Below are positions 30,821 through 42,000 of a stretch of 64,000 nt of DNA, one piece after another. Both the position numbers and the translations under genes were made by a program. Below the pieces are notes generated by a model. That model saw only the letters and a list, made by a program, of their open reading frames with translations. It had not been told where the DNA came from and ran no database searches. How positions within the stretch are numbered: the first letter of the stretch is position 1; each line of letters begins with the position of its first letter. Source of the DNA: Naegleria gruberi (Eukaryota). The stretch lies in assembly GCA_000004985.1 (NCBI GenBank), contig GG738901.1. The stretch is one strand, 5' to 3'.

Positions 30821-33800
30821 TTAAGCATCCACAACGGTTGAAACTTGGTTACAAGATTGATCGACAATTTCATTCATGGTTGATGATAAATCAGTCCAGG
30901 AAACTGTCATGGCTCTCGCTGGATCATAATTCATTCCTCTAATTTGTCTAGCACCCCAAGTGTTGGACATGGCAGAACCAACGGCCATAGCCACAATTTT
31001 CTATAAAAGGAAAATTAAAAATTTATCAAAATAGGAAATATTCAAAAATTAATGAAAATAAAAAATAAAAACATACCCATTGGACCTTATTATTTCCATT
31101 GTAAGGATTATCCAAATCATATGGAACAACTCCACTAGCATTACGTTTCCAACTATTAATCTTTTGAGCTGCAGGAAGAGCATCAGCACATGGCAAACAA
31201 TAAGCAGATTTGGAAGTACTACAATAATCACATTGAGTTCCATTGAGAACTGATGTATCATTATACTTGTAGGCACAAATATCATTCAATTGAGTGTTCA
31301 AAGCAGAACCAGTGTACTTGTTCAAGATATTGGTTTGGATAGAGTTGGAGAAGAGACTTGGTCTTGCTTGGTATTCATTTCTACAATCACCACATGAACA
31401 TGGAACGTTGGCAACACCATCAGTCAAAACTATTGTAAAATAAATTGAAAAATTATTTGTAAGAAATTGTAAGGGTGAAAAAAAACTTACTGAAAATAAC
31501 CTTATCAGCATCATCTCTACCTCCATTGGCAGGTCTCAAAGCATCTACAGCAACTCTCAATCCAGGAATAGTTCCAGTTGAAGAGGCTTCATAAGCCATA
31601 TTAGTTAAGGTATTATTAATTGTTGTTCCGTCATTCGAAAGTTTCAAAGCAAGTGTTGCATTCGAGTGGAATCTTACAATGGAAACCAATATGGAATCTG
31701 ATGAGATGGACATTCTTCCTGTAATTTGTTTACACAAAGTTCTCATTGAATTATAATTGGTTGTACCAATTGACCCAGAAGCATCAAGTAAAAAGACAAA
31801 GTCAATCTTGGCAGTGCAGTAACAATTCTTGAATTCAATGTAGACAGTTGCGTTTCTAGAGACGTTGAATGAAGTGATCATTGTGTATTGGAATTTATCT
31901 GCTTGACAGGTTGTGGTGTCAGAATCAACTTCGATAGCAGCAACTCCATTAACTGTCACTAATCTTGGAGTCTTGTGACAGTAATTGGAATTTGGACAAG
32001 AAATTGAGGTTAATTTCAAGGTAGTATTTGAACCAAATTCATCAATATCATTTTGGAGAATTTGCCAGACGTAGATTCTAATAGTTTGTCCTTGATTAAT
32101 TTCAAATCTGTCATCATTGGCAGTTGGTGTTGATGGTGACAAGACAAATGTAATGACAGCAGTATCAACTCCATTAGTTGGTAAATTGTTATCCGAAACC
32201 TTAACATTCATTGTACAAGTTCCAGTAATGACAGTTGGCAATCTTGTAAAAGTGACAACTCCAGAAGTAGAAATAGTCAAACTTGACACAATTGAGCCAC
32301 AACTATGACCAGTTTGACTGAAAGTCAACACATCAGAACCATCAGCATCTGTGGCCGTATAACCAAAAGTATGGACATTGCTCGTAGCAAGTGGAACCAC
32401 CGTAAAAGTCACATCATTTGCAACCGGAATTTGATTATAAATATTAACAGTCACTGAACAGGCACTGCTACTCGTAGCTTGAGAATCGGTGCTAGTGTAA
32501 GTGACTTGGAAAGTTCCACTGTTAGTGGATGAAGCTTTGAAAACAGTTCCTGTCAAGGTGCCAAATGTTGAAGAGATGGAATTGGTAATGGTGTTGGTGA
32601 TTGGATCATTGTTGGAATCGGTGGCGCTGAATAAGGTGGCCAAGTCAATTGAACCTTTCTTTAACAAGTCAATTGAGCTTGAAGAACAGATTGGAGCAGA
32701 ATTGAGGAAAGTGACACTGAATGTGAGATTTGATGTACTGTAATGAAGACCATCGAATAATCTGAATTGAATTGTCTTGAGACCAAGGATGAGTTTGTTA
32801 CTGGTGGTCAATCTGATACCAGTTCCAATATTAGAAACTGTAATACTTGAATCAGAAGAAACGAAATTGGTATAAGAAATGGAATCTCCATCAGCATCTG
32901 AAACTGTGGCAATTTGAGCCCAAGTGAAATCATAAGTAGAGGTTGTGTAATCTCTGTCAATTGATGTGGATTTTCCAGTACCTGTTGGAGCATTGTTAGT
33001 GACAGTTACAGTGACAGTTCCTGGATTATTGGCAGTTAACATACCATCAGTACATTGGAATTTGAAAGAACCTGTAGCAGAGTAAGCACCATTAGAACCA
33101 GTAAAGGTTAAAGAAGTTGCAGAAGGAGTATAACTAACAATCTTATTCGAAACTGAAACACTTCCACCAACAACACTTGAAGTAGCTCCATTGAAGTAGG
33201 CAGTATCCAATGAATCAGAATCAGTACAAGCACCTGATGATAAATCCACAGAAACAGATGATTTCCATTTGGTAGTTGCTGTCTTGTCAACACATTGTGG
33301 AGCATTGTCATAAACATTGACATTTACAACAGTGTTGCTATTTTCAAGGGATTGAGCACCATCTGTGAATTTATAGGTGACAACATCAGTTCCAATGTAG
33401 GTTCCCGGAGCATTGTAAGTAATGGTTGAAGTTCCAACTGAAACTGAACCCTTTTGAGCTGATGCACTAACAAGTGACAAGTTGTCATTATCTGGATCTT
33501 TCAAAGAAGGTGCAAATGTTGCGAATGGACTCAAGGTAACACCAGTTTCCTTCCAGTGAACATTCTTTGAGCTTGCAACTGGAACTGACATGTTATTATA
33601 AACAGTGACATAAACTGTACCTGGAGTTGACACAATTGAATCACTAGCTCCATAAGTGAATGAGAAAGTTCCCAAATAAACAGATGAACCAGCAGTAGCA
33701 ACAGCATTTGGTGAAGTTGGCATAGCAATAGATCCAGCCCCGGATGGAGAAACACTAGATACTTGAACTGAATAAGTTAATGCATTTCCTTCAACATCTG

Positions 33801-36800
33801 TTACTCCAGTACTCATGTCCATTTGATAACCCGTCTTGTGAGTAGCCCAGTGGACATTGAAATATTTGGTGTTGGTTACTGGAGCAGTATTAGTCATGGT
33901 GAATGTGACTGAGAAAGTAACTGTGGCCAAACCATCAGTTGCAGTTACCTTAAAAGAGTCTGGACCGACATATTTGGTAGGAGCAGTGTAAGTGATTGAA
34001 CTGCCAGTTACTGCAGAGACAGACCCCAAAGTTGATGAGCTATCAACGCTCTTGACTGTTCCCTTTGTTTCTCTACCAGCAGAATAATCATCATCAACAT
34101 AATTAGTTAACAAGTCAACTGTCTTTGAGCCTCCCCAATTAATAAATTGAGTAGCAAGACTGGCAGTTGGCACATTATTGTAAGTAGTAATAGTAACAGA
34201 AACAGTACTATCAAGACCAGTATCAGTAACAGTTACAGTGAACGTATCAATGTACAATTTTCTCAAAGGAGTAAAGTAAATCTTTCCACCTGACAAGGTG
34301 ACAGTTGGATTAGAAGTGGAACCAATTGCCTTAATAGTTGAAGTTGGCAAGTTAGTCAAGATTGGAACTTCATAATTGTTGGCATTCCAGTGGACATCAT
34401 AACTTTGATCATAATTTGAAGAGCTCAATGAACTGACAACAATGTTAATGTAACAAATTGATGAAGCTGTCAAACCATCAGTGACTGTGTAAGCATAGGT
34501 ACGAGCACCAATGTTTGCGTTTGGTTTAAAGTTCAAATATGCACCAACTACAGTGAAAGAATCACCAGGATAGGAATTTCCAATAATTTGAGCAGTTCCA
34601 GGAACTAAATATGGAATATCATTGGAATCTGGATCAGTAACTGATGATGAAATTGAATAGTTTTGACCACTTGTAACATAGATTGGTTTGAATGAAACGG
34701 TCATGTTTGAACATGTTGGTGCACTGTTTGTAATGGTCAATTGAGCAGTTTTACTTCCAGATGAAGCCAAACCATCAGAAACTGAGAATGAGCATGAGGC
34801 TGTACCAAGAGTATTAGGTGGAGCTGTAACTCTAACCTTTGGAACAGTGTCACTAGTCTTTGAACAAGAAGCTCCAGATAATCCTGAAGCAGTTGGATTG
34901 ACAGTCAAAGTAAGAGAATCACCATCATTGTCAGTTGTCTTTGCCATGACAGTGAAATCTTGATTAAGAGATTGAGACAACAAAGTTCTCCAATGAACAG
35001 AAGTAGCAACATTTGAAGCACTTGGTACATCATTATTAGTAAAACCAACGTTAACAGTAATTGTATCAGATTGTGAAACAGTGTCAGTAATAACATATTG
35101 GAAAGTATCAGCCAATCCATTCTTCTTGGCAGTATATTTAACAGAAGATCCACTAACAGAAGCAGCAGTACTTCCACTAACAGAGTAGAGTGAGATTGGA
35201 TCTCCATTTGGATCCATGTCATTGTCCAAAACTGAGAACAAGGTTGCAGGAGCAGCCCAATGGAGAGTGTATGATTCACCTGTACCAACTGGTTTAGTAT
35301 TGGTCACTTGAACGTTGACAGTTCCTTGAGTTTTCTTATTGTAATCATAAGCATAGTAAGTGAATGACTTTGAACCAACAGTGGCAGAGACAGTGTTTGG
35401 AATAAATTTGATAGTCTTGGAATCTGACAAGGTGACAGTTCCAACAGAGGAGTCAGCTGTAGTAGATTCTAAGACAAGAGCATCACCATCTGGATCACTA
35501 TCATTGGACAATGGATTAACCAAGACACCACTAGGATTTCTCCAGTGAGTTGTGATGGAATCATCAACAGTGACAGGAGCGTTATTGTTGACAGTAATAG
35601 TGACAGTAGCAGAGTTGGAATCAGCATTAGCAGAACTTCCATCATTTAACTTGTAAGTGAAAGAATCAGTTCCAACAAAACCATCAGTTGGTGTGTATCT
35701 GACAACACTTCCCAATACAACAACAGAACCATGAGTTGGATTTGTGGTAATGTGAACAGTGGATGTGGTCAAATCACCATTCTTATCAGAATCGTTATCC
35801 TTTACAGAGCAATCAACTGATCTATTCCACAATGTGGAGTAGGAATCATCAACAGCAACAGGAGCATCGTTAACAACTTGTAAAGTAACTGTAGCTCTAT
35901 AAGTTGAAGTCAAACCATCTTGATGGGTGACATCATAGGTCAAATAATCAGTATATTCAGCATTAGAAGCAGCATATGACAAAGTATTCTTAGTGCCAGG
36001 TACAATAGTAGCTTGAATATTCTTAATTGTAGAAGCAGAAACAAAGTTTACAATAAATACTGAACCAAGACCATCGTTTGGATCAGAATCATTATCCAAA
36101 ACATTCAAAATGGAAGTAACACCCTTTGAAATCTCGAATGTATCATCGGCAGGAGTTGGTGGATTATTGATAACAGTAACAGTGAGCTTTCCCTTTGAGA
36201 AACTTGTTGGATCAGCATTACCATTAGCATCAAGACTTTGATCAGAAATTACATATTGAGCAACGTCAGTTCCCAAGAAACCATTTGGAGCTGAGTAGAG
36301 AGCATGTGTTTCATTGAAGAGGGTCAAACTTCCTCCATTCAATGTTGTGGAATTCCAACCAACACTTGACAAGACGATCTTTGCAGTGTCACCACTGTTG
36401 ATATCATAATCATTGGCAACGAGATTGACATAAACTTGAAGATTCTTATTACATTCGGCAAGGTCATCAACTGCAACAGGTGGAGTATTGACAACGTTGA
36501 TGGTGATTATACCACTTCCTGTACCTTCACCATCTGACATGACAACAGTGAAAGTTTGAGTGTAAACTTGATTGGAAACTGGTGTGAAAAGGATAGTGTA
36601 ATTGTTTGTTTCAACACTAAGCCAATCACAACAATCAAAGAAAATATTGACATAATTAGTAGTCTTTTGTAAAGAAGAAGAAACAGATGCAAGAGAAGGA
36701 GTGATTGTACTTGGAACGATCAAATCCTTTCCATCTGCATCATAATAATCAATAGTAATTGAATTATTAGTGGATGACTTGGCAACAGTGACAGTTTTAG

Positions 36801-37999
36801 AATAGACAACTGGATTTTGATTGTAAACTGAGATTACAACAATACCAGATGAAGTAGCAACACCATCTGAAATGGTATATTCAAACGAATCAGAATATTT
36901 GGTATTGACACTACCACTTGTAATGTAAGTAATCTTCTTTTCACCAACATTGATAGCACCATAACCAGTACCCAAAGCACTTGTAATATTGAAATCATCA
37001 CCATTGATATCATAGTCATTAGCCAAAACATCCAAAACCAATGAACGGAATTTAGGAATTCTGTAAGTATCATCAACAGCAATTGGAGGATCGTTGGAGA
37101 CAGTGACAGTAATTATAGAGCTCGAAGTGTCATAGCCATCAGAAATGGAATAGGCAAATTGTTCAACACCATTGAAACCATATGCAGGAGTATAATAGAA
37201 ACCATTAGCTGGATCAACAGAAATTGAACCAGTTTCAGCACTATTTCCACTAACAATAGTTTGATTAGTGAAAGAAACTGCTTGAATTAAATCACCATTA
37301 TCTGGATCATTAATCTTCTCATCATTATCACCAACATAATCAAAAATGTTGATTACTGAATTCTTGGCATTCTTACTGACAGTTACACGAATAGGAACGG
37401 CTTCTGGTGGACGATTCAAAACTTGAATAGTAACAGATGCATTTGCTGTCTTGTAACCATTAGTAATTTGATAACTGAAAGTGTCATTTCCAGCAAAAGT
37501 ACCATTTGACTTGTAGAGAACTTGACTATTGGACTGAATTGAGGCTGAACCATGATTTGGATAGACAACAAATTGAACCAATGAAATGTTTGCTCCTTTA
37601 GGATCATAATCATTGGAAAGAACATTGATGGTCAATGGAATATTCTTGTAGGTGGAAGCTAAATCATTGACAGCAACTGGTCTTTGATAGGAAATCAAGG
37701 ACACCATCAAGATGGTGGCTACTGTGGAAGCAATAACCAAACCAGAGATGATAGCACCAATCTATTTGGTTTTTTAGAATATGCGAAAGATTATTCGAAA
37801 CTTACGATTGTTTGACTAATAGTACCTCCTTTCTATTAAATAGGTTAGAGCGCAAGTGGAGTTTGAAATATTTCATTGTTATTTTTCGACATTATTCACA
37901 TATTATCCACATGGATTGTCAACTGACACTTACTAATAACGAAACGTTGAAACCAAGAGATTGCTTGGACGCAGTTGAAGATCCAATAATTTCTGGCAT
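30821..37999 (-). CDS. Giant adhesin-like protein: a signal anchor, about 18 tandem ~100-aa Ig/cadherin-like (VCBS-type) repeats, and a C-terminal vWA domain. Five-exon model on the minus strand: join(37934..37999, 37806..37832, 31491..37761, 31077..31429, 30821..31000)
   Basis: The 6.3-kb ORF holds repeats of the form NxPVAVDDxY...YTP..GFxGxDxFxYxxxDG...A.VT.V. The vWA motifs DFVFLLDASGSIG and ILTDGVANVP are joined across a 61-nt GTAAGT..AG intron (31430-31490). The last exon is joined across a 76-nt GTATGT..ATAG intron (31001-31076). The main ORF opens directly after an acceptor AATAG and lacks an ATG. Two small upstream phase-0 exons are proposed: MPEIIGSSTASKQSLGFNVSLL and KGGTISQTI. Confidence 0.6.
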
Positions 38000-39079
38000 G
38001 GCTAATTTTTTTAAAGATGTGTAACAAAGCTGTCAATGGTTTGTTGGTTTTTATAACTAACTCATTCCAAATAATTAATGATTTCTGACATACCCTTAGA
38101 AGTGACATGACATTTTGACCCTTAAACTGGAATTTTAGAACTGAAAAATTGAACTGAAAATAAGAAATTGAATTTTCATTTTCAGACAATTACTTGCCTT
38201 GGAATTTTTCTAGTTTAAATAGAGTGCAAACAGTTAATATTAGATGTTCATTTCCCAAAGTATCAACATTAAAAGTAACTTGTAAAGCACTCACTGTATC
38301 GATGTGTATACAATGAAAGTACGAAACAACAACAATTAAGAACAATTTCTTGCAAACTATTCTACATAGCAAATGGTGTTAACAAACCGCCAAAAACCGT
38401 TTTGCTGTAAATTTCAAAAGAAAAAATGGCTTAAAAGCTTGTGCTGGAAAAATATTGTTTGCTTTGGAAAGAACCTTAGTAAATATTGCTTTGGCAGTAG
38501 TGCTCACCATTTGGAGAAAGAACCTTAGAAAAAATTGTTTAAAGGGTTGCGAGGATGGCTGCTTTTTGATTGAACCAACAATAAGGATGAACAGAAGAGA
38601 GTATCCGAGTAATTTCGTCATACAAGTTTTTCATCATCCAATCAACCTTTTATAACAAACGGATAACTTCAACATCTTCATCACTGAATTATCCAAATTA
38701 TCTTACTTCTTCTTTTCTTCACAAGAAGGCAATCATCACGATATTTACACTTCACCAACAACAATAATATTTTAGAAATTTTGTTTACATGTTTCCTTTA
38801 TTATGATGATAGCAATCAACATCTTATGAAGATTAAATTTGAGTATTGGAGAACTTTTTGATACAAAACTCGTCAAAGTGACATCAACTATCCACTTTCC
38901 TGATGAACGTGCTTGTGTGATCTTTCCTTGTTGCGAGCATGATGATAGACGACTCTTCAGCATCTACACTTCACTGCTGTCATCAATATGATTGACAGGC
39001 GATGTAAAATCATTTGAAGGATGATGGGTTAGATTGATAAATTTTCACACATTAAAAAAACAAATCAACAAAACCACTA

Positions 39080-42000
39080 ATGTCTCAAGAAAACGATAAT
39101 ATCGAAGTTGGTGACGAAAGCCAACGTCGTCGTAGAACAGCTCGTGGTGGCGCTGGTGCTGGAACCAAATCAGCAGCTTCAGCAACTCTCTTTACAAAAC
39201 TTGTTGATGCTCAATCAGATGAAAGTAACTGGAAAGTTTCAGGTGCCAACTTTATGTGGGTACCATGTAATGGTGAAGCACTTAATGCTTTCGAAGTTGG
39301 TGAAATTAAAGAACGTAAAGGAAAGGAAGTTGTTGTTGAAACAGAATCAGGTGATAAGAAGACACTCCCAATTGAAGAAGTTTTCCCAATGAATCCTCCA
39401 AAATTGACAGGTATTGAAGATATGGCTAGATTATCCCATCTGAATGAACCTTCTGTGCTTTTCAACTTGAAGAAGCGTTATGAAAGTGATAAAATCTACA
39501 CATACTCTGGTCTCTTTTTAGTTGCCGTCAATCCATACAAGAATTTACCAATCTATACTGATGAAATCATCAAGAAGCATAATGGTAAGAGACGTGAAGA
39601 TGCTGAACCACACGTTTTCACAGTTGCAGATGTTGCTTATAGACAAATGTTACAAAATCAATTGAATCAATCCATGTTGGTTACAGGTGAATCAGGTGCT
39701 GGTAAAACTGAAAATACCAAGAAGATTATCCAATATTTGACTGCTACAGCTGGTGCTTCACATGGTGCTGGTAAATTAGAAAACCAATTGTTGCAAACCA
39801 ATCCATTGTTGGAAGCTTTTGGTAACGCAAAGACACTTCGTAATAATAACTCATCTCGTTTTGGTAAATTCATTGAAGTTGACTTCAATGTAAGTGGTTA
39901 TATTGCTGGTTGTAAGATTCAACACTACTTATTAGAAACAACAAGAGTTACTGCTCAAGCTGGTGATGAAAGAAATTTCCACTTCTTCTATCAAATCCTT
40001 TCTGATGCTCAAGCTAGAAACAAGTATCACTTGACTAATGTTAACAGTTATGCCTATGTCTCTCAATCTGGTTGTACTTCTGTTCCAGGTATTAATGATG
40101 CTATGGAATTCCAAGAAACATTGAAGGCCATGCGTATTATTGGTATCAGTGAAGATGAAATTGATGCTACTTGTAGAATTGTTGCTTCAATTCTCCATTT
40201 GGGTAATTGTAAATTTGTAAAGGATGATGAAGATTTATCCATGTTACCAGAACGTTCACCACTCAATACTGCTTCTGAATTATTGTGTGTTGATCCAGAA
40301 GGTTTGGCAAAGGGTTTCATGAAGCCAAACATTATTACTCCAACTGATATCATTGAAACTCACGTCAATGTTGCTCAAGCTGGTTTCAATAGATCTGCTT
40401 TAGTCAAGTCAATGTATAATCGTTTGTTCGACTGGTTAGTTCGTTCCATTAATCAATCTTTGACATCAAAGGAAAAGATTAAGAACTTTATTGGTGTCTT
40501 GGATATTGCTGGTTTCGAAATCTTTGAATTGAACAGTTTTGAACAATTGTGTATCAATTATACTAACGAAAAGTTGCAACAATTCTTCAATCACCATATG
40601 TTCAAGAAGGAACAAGAAGAATACTTGAAGGAAAAGATTGAATGGAAGTTCATTGATTTTGGTTTGGACTTGCAACCAACTATTGACTTGATTGAAAAGC
40701 CATTGGGTATCTTGGCTATTTTGGACCAACAAACTTTCATGGCTCAACAATCTGAAGAAGGTTTGGTTCGTGAAATTAACAAGAATCATGGTACTAAGAA
40801 ACAATTCAAGACTTCTCGTTTCAATGAAAAGGAATTCATCCTTTCTCACTATGCTGGTGATGTTCCATACAATGTTGTTCAATGGTTCACTAAGAACGTT
40901 GATCCACTCAATGAAGATTGTAAATCAACTATGATTGCTTCTGGTAATACTTTGATTAAATCACTCTTTGATGTTCCAGGAGAAAGAACCAAGGCTAATG
41001 AAAAGAGATCTGTTGGTAGTGCTCGTTTCAAGACTGTTGCTACAAACTATAAGAATCAATTGAAGGATCTTATGGGATTGTTAGAATCAACTGAACCTCA
41101 CTTTATCCGTTGTATCAAACCAAACAATTTGCAAAAGCCAGCTATCATTGATGATCGTCTTGTTTTGCATCAATTGAAATGTAACGGTGTCTTGGAAGGT
41201 ATTCGTATTGCTCGTAAGGGTTATCCAGGTCGTATTCCATATGCTGAATTCGTCAAACGTTATGATTTGTTGGTTGAAGATAAACGTTCTTTGGAACAAC
41301 AACCAAATCTCCGTGGTAAGGCTCAAGTCATTCTTGATTCTATCAAGTTTGAAGAAACCACTCAATATAAATTGGGTGCCACAAAGGTCTTCTTGAAGGC
41401 CTCACAAGAAGCTCTCATTGAAGAATATCGTGAAGCTCAAATTTCAAAGATTATTGGTGTTGCTCAAGCTGCTGCTTTAGCCGCTTATGAAAGAGTTGCT
41501 TATAAGAAGTTGCAAGGACGTTTGGTTTCTATCAAGTTGATCCAAAGAAACTTCCGTGCCTACTTGAAGCTCAAGAATTGGGGTTGGTGGCAATTAATTA
41601 ACTTGACTCGTCCATATCTTAAGGAATTCTCAAGTGAACAAGTCACTAAGAAGTTGAAGGAAGATTTCGAACAACTCAAGAAGGATCTCGAAGGTGAAAA
41701 GGATTCTAAGAAGAAGCTTGAAACTGAAAAGAATGCTCTCGAACAATCTCGTAAGAAGCTCATTGATGACTTGGAAGAACAACGTAATCGTTTGGATACC
41801 ATGAATAATCACATGAACCAACTCGAAAAGGAGTTGAATGATAGAAAGAGAGAATTGGAACGTTCTCAAAAGGATAACGATGACAAGGACTCTGAAATCA
41901 CTCGTAACACTCAAGCTATTGCTGCTCTTAACCAAGCTCAAAAGAAGCTCGAAGAAGCCATTCGTGATATGAAGAATGAAATTGAACAACGTGAAAAGAT

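Noticed and set aside
32016-37625. Short ORFs on both strands inside the giant adhesin gene.
   Set aside because: They are embedded in a continuous 6.3-kb coding frame with clear tandem domain repeats. Their products are L/I/V-rich, consistent with antisense translation of Thr/Val/Asn-rich codons.
37806-37880. An upstream ATG (MKYFKLHLRSNLFNRKEVLLVKQS) as the adhesin start.
   Set aside because: It ends in phase 2 at the GTAAGT donor. No acceptor exists that would put the downstream signal-anchor exon in frame. The phase-0 three-exon alternative is consistent.
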